Made by a program: the position numbers and the translations under genes. Below are positions 55,074 through 63,379 of a stretch of 64,000 nucleotides of DNA, piece by piece; within the stretch, counting starts at the first letter, position 1; each line of letters begins with the position of its first letter. Below the pieces are notes generated by a model. It saw only the letters and a list, made by a program, of their open reading frames with translations, had not been told where the DNA came from and did no database searches. This DNA comes from Nitrospiraceae bacterium (lineage in GTDB: Bacteria; Nitrospirota; Thermodesulfovibrionia; Thermodesulfovibrionales; UBA1546), in NCBI GenBank assembly GCA_021373015.1, contig JAJFTJ010000005.1, forward strand, positions 225,072 through 289,071, in the 5' to 3' direction.

Positions 55074-58000
55074 ATGAAAATAGATTCAATTTTTAGAAAA
55101 ATAGCGCTTTTATTAATGCTTGCAATAACTTTAATTATCCAACAAAGCTCTTTTGCAGCTGATAATGCTAAAGAAGCTGAGAAACTCTGGGAACTTGGAG
55201 AAAAGGCATACAATTCAAAAAAATATAATGAAGCTCTTTCTTATTATCAAAAATCTTTATCATTATGCGCGGCTGATCTTGAATGCAGATCCTCTAACTT
55301 TAATGGTCTCGGCAGGAGTTATGAGGCGCTTGGCGATGATAAAAAAGCGCTTTCGTATTATGAAGAGGCTTTGAAAATTGAAAGACAGAGAAACAATAAA
55401 GACGGTATTGCAACCAATCTGTTCAATGTTGGAGCAATATACAGAGAGACATTCAACCAATACGAAAAGTCTTTGATTTTTTTAAAAGAATCAGAAAGGA
55501 TTTTCAGGGAACTCGGCGATAAAACAAGCCTGGCAATTGTTCTTTTTCATTCAGGCAAAGCGTTAAATTCTCTCGGAAAATACCAAGACGCGATGTCGTA
55601 TTTCAATGAGTCAATTAAGCTGAATAGGGAATTGAAAGACACACAGGCGGTGGCGGCAAATCTCAATCTGATAGGCAATGTTTATGCAAAACTCGGTCAG
55701 TATGATAAACCCATCTCTTATTACGAAGAGGCGCTTGCCATCAATAAAAAAATAAATAACCAGCTGGAAATATCTATAACTCTGACAAACATAGGCGATG
55801 CATATGCTGACCTCATGAAATATGATAAATCTATTCCATATTATATGGAGGCACTCGAGATACAAAAAAAGAACAACTTCAATCTCGAAATGTCAGTTAC
55901 ATTTAATAATATGGGCGCGCTTTACGACAACCTAGACCAGCATCAAAAAGCTGTTTCCTATTATGAGAATGCTTTAAAGATAGGCAGAGATCTACGGAAT
56001 GAACCGACTATTGCCACAGCGCTGAATAATATCGGCAATAAATATTCTGACATAGGAATGTTTGACAAAGCGCTTGCATATCTTAATGATGCTCTTGTTC
56101 TTGAAAAAAAATTAAACAGGCCTATGTCTCTAACATATGTTTTAAATAATATTGGCATGCTCTATTTTAAGCTTGGCAGGTACGATGAATCAATTAATTA
56201 TCTAAATGATGCCTTGAAAATTGACAGACAATTAAACAATCCTCATTCCATCGCTCTCAGGCTAAATAATATCGGCGCAGTTTATCTCAAACAAAAAAAA
56301 TATAAAAATGCAGAAAATGTATTTTTAGAAAGAATGATGCTGAAGGAAAGGATCAAGCCAAATGTGTTGCTTCATCCCGGCCTGATACAGGTTTATCTTG
56401 AGACAAACAGATTTAATGAAGCACAGATACTGATTCAGGAAAACCCGCCAACATGGAGAAATAGCATGAACCGTCATTTTGATTATCATGTCCAGATGGG
56501 CATGGTGTTAAAAGGCAAGGGAGTGCTTAATGATTCATCTCAAGAGTTCCTAAAGGCTGCAAAGATAATAGAAGAGATGCGCCAAACAATTAATGAAAAA
56601 ACAGGTTTTTTTGGTGGGAGCCGATATATTGGCCGCCTCACGCCTCATAGGGAACTTGTTAATATGCTTTCAGAGCTGACAGAGAAAAAGACAAGGATGC
56701 CTGATGTATTTAATGCATACGGAAAAGACCCTGCTTCTGTTGCTTTTTATTTTGCAGAGCTTACAAAGGCACGAACTCTCCTAGAAACAATAGCTAATTC
56801 TTCAAAAGGATATGATGAATCTGAAATCCCGGAAAGCATTAGAAAAAAAGAAAAGGGACTGTTTGAAGAACTCAGCTTGATAGAAAAAAACTGGGAGAAG
56901 GCATTGTCACAAGGAGAACAGGAAGTAAAAAAACTATCTCAGAAAAAAGAAGATGTCTTAAGGAAATTAGAATCTCATATATCCCTTTTGCGAAGAGATT
57001 ATCCTAGATATGCTGCCCTGAAGTATCCGCGGCCTTTATCCCCTGTAGAACTGCAGTTAAGAGAAAAGGAAGTTCTGGTGGAGTTCAGTATAGGAGATAA
57101 CACAACCACTGTATTTGTGGTGAAAAGCAAAGGAGTCCAGAATGTCCACAAGATAAAAATTACAAAAGAAGAACTTGAAAGAAGGGTGAAACAATTTTTG
57201 GAACCTTTTGTTTCAAACAGACCTTTGGATTTTTCATCAAAATCAGCAAAGGAATTATATGATTTATTGCTCTCTGATGCATTAAAAAATATTAAAGACA
57301 CTGAAAGGCTAATAATAGTTCCGGATGGTATTCTCGGACTCTTGCCGTTTGAAGCATTACTTGTTAAAGAAGGAAGCAATCTAAAAGAACATCTTTATGT
57401 AAGCGACAAGTGGACGACAACTTATTCCCAGTCTGCAACAGCCCTTGCACTTACACGAATGTTAAAACCATCCCAGGCAAATAAAATTTTCTTCGGCATA
57501 GCAAACCCGGTCTATGAAAAAAATGATCCGCGCTATGTTGCTTACAAACAAGGCAAGCCGCAAAAATCTTTACTTGCCCAGAATTTGAATCAATACGCAT
57601 TTAGAGGCATCACAATTCTTCCAAAAACCGGGTCAGAAGGCAAGTGGGAAGAAATCATGTATCCGCCACTTCCTGAAACAGAAACAGAAGTAAAAACAAT
57701 TGCAAGGCTTTTTAATGTTCAGCCTATACCGCCTGATGTACTTCTGAATATTTCAGCGAATGAAACAAATCTAAGAAAAGTAGCGTTAAAAGATTACCGC
57801 TATCTTCATTTTGCCACACACGCTGACCTCCCAGGGAAAGTGCAGGGCATTACAGAGCCTTTTATAATTCTTGGCCAGGTAGAAAATAAAGACAATGACG
57901 ACGGGTTCCTGACTTTAACCGAGGTTTTGGAACTAGGTTTTGATGCAAACATGATAGTGCTTTCTGCATGCTCCACAGGCAAAGGGAAAATTATTGAAGG

Positions 58001-58232
58001 GGAAGGAGTTTCAAATTTTGCAAGGGCATTTCAACACGCAGGAGCAAGAAGTGTTATTGTGAGCCTCTGGGAAGTAGCATCAAAAGAAACGGTCGAATAC
58101 ATGGAGAGCTTCTACAAGCATATAAAATCCGGTAAGAGCAGCACAGAAGCATTGAGACTCACGAGAAAAGAAATAAAACAAAAATATCCCAATCCGTTTT
58201 ACTGGGCAGTTTTCATCCTGCACGGAGAATAA
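55074..58232 (+). CDS. Exported TPR-repeat CHAT-domain (caspase-like) protease
   Basis: Signal peptide ...QQSSFA. About 10 TPR units (YYEEALxIxxxxxN). CHAT dyad context YLHFATHADL and MIVLSACSTGKG. Confidence 0.9.
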   Translation: MKIDSIFRKIALLLMLAITLIIQQSSFAADNAKEAEKLWELGEKAYNSKKYNEALSYYQKSLSLCAADLECRSSNFNGLGRSYEALGDDKKALSYYEEALKIERQRNNKDGIATNLFNVGAIYRETFNQYEKSLIFLKESERIFRELGDKTSLAIVLFHSGKALNSLGKYQDAMSYFNESIKLNRELKDTQAVAANLNLIGNVYAKLGQYDKPISYYEEALAINKKINNQLEISITLTNIGDAYADLMKYDKSIPYYMEALEIQKKNNFNLEMSVTFNNMGALYDNLDQHQKAVSYYENALKIGRDLRNEPTIATALNNIGNKYSDIGMFDKALAYLNDALVLEKKLNRPMSLTYVLNNIGMLYFKLGRYDESINYLNDALKIDRQLNNPHSIALRLNNIGAVYLKQKKYKNAENVFLERMMLKERIKPNVLLHPGLIQVYLETNRFNEAQILIQENPPTWRNSMNRHFDYHVQMGMVLKGKGVLNDSSQEFLKAAKIIEEMRQTINEKTGFFGGSRYIGRLTPHRELVNMLSELTEKKTRMPDVFNAYGKDPASVAFYFAELTKARTLLETIANSSKGYDESEIPESIRKKEKGLFEELSLIEKNWEKALSQGEQEVKKLSQKKEDVLRKLESHISLLRRDYPRYAALKYPRPLSPVELQLREKEVLVEFSIGDNTTTVFVVKSKGVQNVHKIKITKEELERRVKQFLEPFVSNRPLDFSSKSAKELYDLLLSDALKNIKDTERLIIVPDGILGLLPFEALLVKEGSNLKEHLYVSDKWTTTYSQSATALALTRMLKPSQANKIFFGIANPVYEKNDPRYVAYKQGKPQKSLLAQNLNQYAFRGITILPKTGSEGKWEEIMYPPLPETETEVKTIARLFNVQPIPPDVLLNISANETNLRKVALKDYRYLHFATHADLPGKVQGITEPFIILGQVENKDNDDGFLTLTEVLELGFDANMIVLSACSTGKGKIIEGEGVSNFARAFQHAGARSVIVSLWEVASKETVEYMESFYKHIKSGKSSTEALRLTRKEIKQKYPNPFYWAVFILHGE

Positions 58233-58252
58233 TAGTTTTAGGAGGAGAATAT

Positions 58253-59113
58253 ATGCATAGATTGCTTGTTTTATTGTTTTTAGCGTTGTTCAATATATCA
58301 AGCCTTTATGCCGCTCAATCCACAATAACTGAGTCTGAAGGCTATGCATGTATGGGCGAGGACAAGTCAAGAAAACAGACAGAACAGACTGCTCTTACAG
58401 ATGCAAAGAAAAAGGCAGTCGAAAAAACAACAACTTATATAAAAAGCGAGACACATGTTAAAAACTTTGAACTCGAAAAAGACATTGTGGCTGCCTATGC
58501 AAATGCAAATGTAAAAATAATCCAGGAACTTGAGAAAAAGTGGTATAAAGACGACGCTATGGGTGACTGCCTGAACATAAAGATCAAGGCAGAGATAATA
58601 CCCGATGAAAAAGCATTGGAAAAAATTTCAAAAGACAGTTTGATAACTGATGATCCTTCTGTTCCGCTATATATTAAAATGTGGTCTGAGAAAAAAGAAT
58701 ACAAACAGGGCGAAAAAATGAAGGTTTATATAAAAAGCAACAAACCTTTTTACGCAAGAGTTGTTTATAAGGATGCAGCCGGCAAACTTGTCCAGCTTTT
58801 GCCTAACCCTCATAGGGAAAATAATTATTTTAACGGCGGGGTTGTTTATGAAATACCCTCTGGGGAAGACAAGTTTGAACTCGAGGTAGCGCCTCCATTT
58901 GGCAAGGAAAACATTATTGTTTATGCAAGCACATCACAATTAGGAGAGATTGATGTAGAGCCGCTAAGCGGAGTGTATGATATAAAAACCAGATCGGGGA
59001 TAGTTGGGATCAAAACACGCGGAGTTGTTCTGAAGGAAAAACCAACAGGCAATAAACAGCAAATCCCTGCTGAATTTTCAGAAACAGCGGTATTTTTGAA
59101 AACAACGAAATAA
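58253..59113 (+). CDS. Exported protein: LPP20/FlgT-N-like domain plus DUF4384 domain
   Basis: Signal peptide. N-terminal domain is paralogous to that of the 42187 ORF. C-terminal YARVVYKDAAGKLVQLLPNPH...FELEVAPPFGKENIIVYAS matches the DUF4384 pattern. Confidence 0.65.
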   Translation: MHRLLVLLFLALFNISSLYAAQSTITESEGYACMGEDKSRKQTEQTALTDAKKKAVEKTTTYIKSETHVKNFELEKDIVAAYANANVKIIQELEKKWYKDDAMGDCLNIKIKAEIIPDEKALEKISKDSLITDDPSVPLYIKMWSEKKEYKQGEKMKVYIKSNKPFYARVVYKDAAGKLVQLLPNPHRENNYFNGGVVYEIPSGEDKFELEVAPPFGKENIIVYASTSQLGEIDVEPLSGVYDIKTRSGIVGIKTRGVVLKEKPTGNKQQIPAEFSETAVFLKTTK

Positions 59114-59130
59114 TTTTCTTAAATGCATAA

Positions 59131-59886
59131 ATGAAAATAAAATATTCCGGATTATTTGATACCTTTACTGAACCGCTAGGGCTTCTTTTTTATGTGTTCA
59201 AAAATCTCCCTTATTTAAAGGTTGATGCTGTTCGATCAGTCTTTCTAAAACAAATTTATTTTGGCGGGATAGAAACATTCAGAAAAATGATGATAATCGG
59301 GATACTCATTGGCATTGTTATAATCACTCAGATAACAAGTCTCGTTGGATTGGGAAGCGCTGTGCTTACCGGTAAAATACTTGTCTGGGTCGTAGTCAGA
59401 GAACTGGGTCCTTTACTGGCTGCAATAATTATTATTGCCCGCAGCGTGACTGCAGTCTCATCGGAGCTTGGAGCGATGAATGTGCAGGGCGAAATAGAAA
59501 ACATTGAAACTATGGGAATAGACCCTGTGCGTTATCTCATCTTGCCAAGAGTCGCAGCCTTGACGTTGTCGTCAGTAATGCTTACCTTCTATTTTGAGTT
59601 TGCAGCCATCTTGGGAAGCATAACTATAACTTCAGTTTTCTGGGGTGTGCCGTTTGAACAATTTGTGAAAGGCATACTGTCATCTCTCAGTATGAATGAT
59701 CTGACTGTCTCACTTATTAAAAGCCTTTTTTTTGGTCTGCTGATTTCATTAGTCAGTTGCTATGAAGGATTTAAAGTAAAAAAAAGCATTACCCAGATAC
59801 CACAGGCTACAACCAGGGCGACGATACAGAGCCTGTTTCTTGTATTTATTTTTGATGGTATAATAACTTTTATATTTTTCATATGA
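59131..59886 (+). CDS. mlaE: MlaE-type ABC transporter permease
   Basis: VVRELGPLLAAIIIIARSVTAVSSELGAMNVQGEIENIETMGIDPVRYLILPRV is the MlaE/Ttg2B signature. Confidence 0.85.
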   Translation: MKIKYSGLFDTFTEPLGLLFYVFKNLPYLKVDAVRSVFLKQIYFGGIETFRKMMIIGILIGIVIITQITSLVGLGSAVLTGKILVWVVVRELGPLLAAIIIIARSVTAVSSELGAMNVQGEIENIETMGIDPVRYLILPRVAALTLSSVMLTFYFEFAAILGSITITSVFWGVPFEQFVKGILSSLSMNDLTVSLIKSLFFGLLISLVSCYEGFKVKKSITQIPQATTRATIQSLFLVFIFDGIITFIFFI

Positions 59887-60539
59887 TAAAAATTGAATGT
59901 GTAAGCCTGAAGGGGCTATTGGAATGTGCAGATTATTCAGTCTCAAGAGGCGACATCTGTGCTGTTGTCACAGAAACAGGTTTTGATAAGAGTCTTCTGC
60001 TCCAGCTCTTGACAGGATTTGTAAAACCTGATTCAGGCAAAATATATATTTTAGGAAAAGATTTATCAATAATTTCAGACAATGAGCTCAATGAGGTAAG
60101 GCAAATGATGGGAGTAGTTTTTGAAAATGGCGGGCTAATAAGTAATCTGAAAGTAGGTGAGAACATCATGTTGCCTGTTTCCTATCATTCACCTGAATCT
60201 CATCTGTATTCAGAACAAAAAATGATGAAACTCCTGGAGCAAGCAGGATATGATGAAGAAATCACAATACTTCCCGGACCGCTTCCATTGTACAAGAAAC
60301 GTCTTGCAGGACTTGTAAGGGCAATGCTTACGGAGCCTGAACTTATAATATATGACTCTATATTTGATGGGTTGAGTCAGAATGTCAGAGAAAAGGTGCA
60401 TAATCTTGTGTCTTCATTTCATTTCGAGAAAGAGGGGAGGGCATCCTTATTTCTTGCTTCAGACAAAACATCTCTCAGAGACATAAGCCCATCAAAAATT
60501 CATATCCTGAAAAACGGGAGATTTGATGAAAGAGACTGA
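59883..60539 (+). CDS. MlaF-position ABC ATPase homologue with degenerate catalytic motifs
   Basis: Walker A TETGFDKS instead of GxSGxGKS. Q-loop FENGG. Signature region LPLYKKRLA instead of LSGG. Walker B LIIYDSI (no Glu). H-loop ASD. Confidence 0.75.
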   Translation: MIKIECVSLKGLLECADYSVSRGDICAVVTETGFDKSLLLQLLTGFVKPDSGKIYILGKDLSIISDNELNEVRQMMGVVFENGGLISNLKVGENIMLPVSYHSPESHLYSEQKMMKLLEQAGYDEEITILPGPLPLYKKRLAGLVRAMLTEPELIIYDSIFDGLSQNVREKVHNLVSSFHFEKEGRASLFLASDKTSLRDISPSKIHILKNGRFDERD

Positions 60540-61353
60540 TCCTCGGTTTATTAATCTTGGCAGAAAAGCAGTGTTGTTCTTTGCAATCGCTGTCATAGGG
60601 ATTATTGCCACGCTTATTTTTATCGGCATGGAAAGTGGCATATTCACAAAAACATTCAGGATACATCTCACTGTGGAAAAAGGCACAGGATTTTTTGAAG
60701 GAATGCCTGTTAAGCTGTCTGGCTTTAAAATTGGCAAGATACAGGAACTCTCGCTTGATGAGAACGCAAAAGTTAAAGTTGTCTTGACAATTAATAAAAA
60801 ATATCAAAAATGGATTCGACAAGACTCAAAAGCGCTTCTTGGGAAAGAAGGCTTAATAGGCGAGAGCATTATTGCCATTACCGTTGGCAGTATGGATAAA
60901 CCAATTATACAGAATGATTCATCCATACAATTTGAGAAAGGGAAGGGCGTTGAGGAAATTCTTGAAGAAGTAAAGCCGCTAATAGGTGAAATAAAAAATA
61001 TACTTGTTTATATAAACGACCCGCAAGGAGATCTGAAAAAAACAATCAGCAATCTAAAAACACTTTCATCAGGATTGTTAAATACCAGAGCGAATGTTGA
61101 TAAGGCAATATCAAATATTACTCCTGCAATGGCAAAACTTGACAGAACAATGGACAATCTCGAAAAAACAACAGCCAAACTTAAAGACGCAGTTGATAAA
61201 TCTTCTCCAAAAATACCTGCGGTCATGAGCAAGACAGAAGACGCACTTGACGGCACAGACGAGGTCGTGAGATCACTGAAACAGATATGGCCTATCAGGT
61301 TGTTCATCGAAGAACCCAAAAACAAACAGATATATGGTGATAGCTATGAATAG
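60526..61353 (+). CDS. mlaD: MlaD-type MCE-domain protein
   Basis: N-terminal TM helix. MCE core GMPVKLSGFKIGKIQELSL. C-terminal coiled coil. ATG 60526 is preceded by GGGAG. Confidence 0.85.
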   Translation: MKETDPRFINLGRKAVLFFAIAVIGIIATLIFIGMESGIFTKTFRIHLTVEKGTGFFEGMPVKLSGFKIGKIQELSLDENAKVKVVLTINKKYQKWIRQDSKALLGKEGLIGESIIAITVGSMDKPIIQNDSSIQFEKGKGVEEILEEVKPLIGEIKNILVYINDPQGDLKKTISNLKTLSSGLLNTRANVDKAISNITPAMAKLDRTMDNLEKTTAKLKDAVDKSSPKIPAVMSKTEDALDGTDEVVRSLKQIWPIRLFIEEPKNKQIYGDSYE

Positions 61354-62263
61354 AAAACAATTGCTGTTTTTATTGCTAATTACATCTATATATTTTTCTC
61401 TTTATGCCTGTGGCGGACAGCAAATCCAAACTCTTCCTGTTGTTCATACAAAGGCAATCGAATATAACCAAAAGGGACTTAAGGCCGCTGAAAAGGGTGA
61501 TTACGAAAAAGCGTTAAATTATAATCTGGAAGCTTTAAAATTGAATCGTTCCATCGAGAACACAGATGGAACAGCAGTTAATATGTTAAACATCGCGGTT
61601 CTTTATTCTAAAAAAGGAGATACAGCAGAAGCGCATAAATATATAAACGATATTTTTGCGCTTCAGGGAATCAATGACGCAACAATGTCAGAAGCACTTT
61701 TTGAAAATGCAAGGCTTTATCTTAAAGAAATAAAACTTGCTGAGGCAAGAGAATATGCAAAAAAATCGTTATCTCTTCACAAAGGAACAAGAGAAGGAAG
61801 CAGGTGGAATATCCTTTCAAGAATCGCCTTGATTGAAAGTAAATACGACGAAGCTTTTTTGTATGCTGGCACAGCGCTCAAGCTTAATATAAGCAATAAT
61901 CAGGCAAAAGAAGAATCCAATTCTCTTCGTCTGCTTGCAGATTTGAATATGATCAAGAAAAATTACAGCGAATCCAGAAAACTTTACGAAAATGCACTGG
62001 AAATAGATAAAAAAATAGGCGACAGCAAAAAGATAGCTCTTACGCTAAGAAGCCTTGGAGAGTTATGTTTCAGACAGGGAGAATTAAAAGATTCAAAAAG
62101 TTATTTCATCCGTGCATATGAAGTAAGTAGAAATGCTGGTGACATGGAAGGCACGATAATAGCGATCGATGCATTAACCTCTGTCTATGAGAAATCAGGG
62201 GATAAGGTAAATGCAGAAAAACTGCTTAAAGAAAAAACTATCCTGCAGCAAAAAATAAAATAA
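61346..62263 (+). CDS. TPR-repeat lipoprotein
   Basis: Lipobox FSLYAC. Repeated AxxYxxxALxL motifs. Overlaps the mlaD end. Confidence 0.7.
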   Translation: MNRKQLLFLLLITSIYFSLYACGGQQIQTLPVVHTKAIEYNQKGLKAAEKGDYEKALNYNLEALKLNRSIENTDGTAVNMLNIAVLYSKKGDTAEAHKYINDIFALQGINDATMSEALFENARLYLKEIKLAEAREYAKKSLSLHKGTREGSRWNILSRIALIESKYDEAFLYAGTALKLNISNNQAKEESNSLRLLADLNMIKKNYSESRKLYENALEIDKKIGDSKKIALTLRSLGELCFRQGELKDSKSYFIRAYEVSRNAGDMEGTIIAIDALTSVYEKSGDKVNAEKLLKEKTILQQKIK

Positions 62264-62283
62264 GGTCTTCTCTCAAGGGCAAA

Positions 62284-63015
62284 ATGAAGATAGACATAAT
62301 CACTATATTTCCAGAAATATTTCATTCATATTTTAATACAGGTGTTATAAAAAAAGGCATTGAGAAAAAAATTATATCTATTAAAGTGCATAATTTGCGT
62401 GACTTTACTGATGACAAACACAAAACAGTTGATGACTATCCTTATGGCGGCGGAGCAGGAATGGTTATGAAACCAGAACCTTTTTTCAAAGCTGTTGAGG
62501 CAATAAAAGCTGACGGCATACCAAGGCGTACTATAATGCTAAGCCCTCAGGGAACAGTACTTGACCAAAATATAGCCCTCTCAATGTCTAAAGACAGTGC
62601 ATCTCTTATTTTTATATGCGGAAGATATGAAGCCATTGATGAGAGGGTTAGAAAAATGCTTGTTGATGATGAAATATCGATAGGGGATTATATTTTAACT
62701 GGCGGAGAATTGCCTGCTTTAGTTATAATAGACAGCTTTGCGAGGCTTATTCCAGGAGTGTTGGGAGATGAACGCTCAACAGAAGAAGAGTCATTTAGTT
62801 GGGGAATACTAGATTATCCTCATTATACAAGACCACCTGAATTCCGTGGTCATGATGTCCCTGATGTACTTCTTTCAGGAAACCACAGGGATATATCGCT
62901 TTGGAGAAGAAAAGAGGCATTGAGGCAGACCTTATTTAAAAGACCTGACCTCATTAAAAAGATATCACTAAAAGAAGAAGATCATAAATTGTTGTCAGAG
63001 ATAAGGGAGGAATAA
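62284..63015 (+). CDS. trmD: tRNA (guanine37-N1)-methyltransferase
   Basis: [36 protein letters not shown] and [22 protein letters not shown]. Confidence 0.97.
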   Translation: MKIDIITIFPEIFHSYFNTGVIKKGIEKKIISIKVHNLRDFTDDKHKTVDDYPYGGGAGMVMKPEPFFKAVEAIKADGIPRRTIMLSPQGTVLDQNIALSMSKDSASLIFICGRYEAIDERVRKMLVDDEISIGDYILTGGELPALVIIDSFARLIPGVLGDERSTEEESFSWGILDYPHYTRPPEFRGHDVPDVLLSGNHRDISLWRRKEALRQTLFKRPDLIKKISLKEEDHKLLSEIREE

Positions 63016-63017
63016 AA

Positions 63018-63377
63018 ATGAATCTTGTTGATACTGTTGAACAAAGCTATATGAAGGAAATGCCAAAATTTCGCGTTGGTGATACAGTAAAGATCATGGT
63101 AAAAGTTATTGAGGGCGATAAAGAAAGGCTCCAGCCTTTTGAAGGTGTTGTTATCTCAAGACGCGGAAGCGGCACAAAAGAAACATTTATTGTAAGAAAA
63201 ATCTCATTCGGTGTTGGAGTCGAGAGGATATTCCCGCTTTATTCGCCAATCATAGACAATATAGAGGTGATTAGGCAGGGTTCTGTGCGCAGGGCAAAGC
63301 TTTATTATCTTCGAGGCAAAAAAGGCAAGGGAACAAAAATAAAAGAAAAAGAAAGAGAAATTTCAAAAGAAGAGTAG
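63018..63377 (+). CDS. rplS: 50S ribosomal protein L19
   Basis: [35 protein letters not shown]...[21 protein letters not shown]. Confidence 0.97.
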   Translation: MNLVDTVEQSYMKEMPKFRVGDTVKIMVKVIEGDKERLQPFEGVVISRRGSGTKETFIVRKISFGVGVERIFPLYSPIIDNIEVIRQGSVRRAKLYYLRGKKGKGTKIKEKEREISKEE

Positions 63378-63379
63378 GG

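Noticed and set aside
55074-58232. TPR-CHAT protein as a type III-E CRISPR-associated (Csx29-like) protease
   Set aside because: I saw no cas genes and no repeat-spacer array anywhere in the window. The protein also has an N-terminal signal peptide and sits among exported proteins.
15892-62283. Treating the whole 46 kb between rpsP-KH and trmD as a single horizontally acquired island
   Set aside because: It contains core genes (rnr, hisS, proC, rnc, recO, addAB, argJ). It has no integrase, tRNA or flanking repeats; only a trivial AGGGCAA 7-mer is shared by the junctions. Rearrangement is more likely than one insertion.
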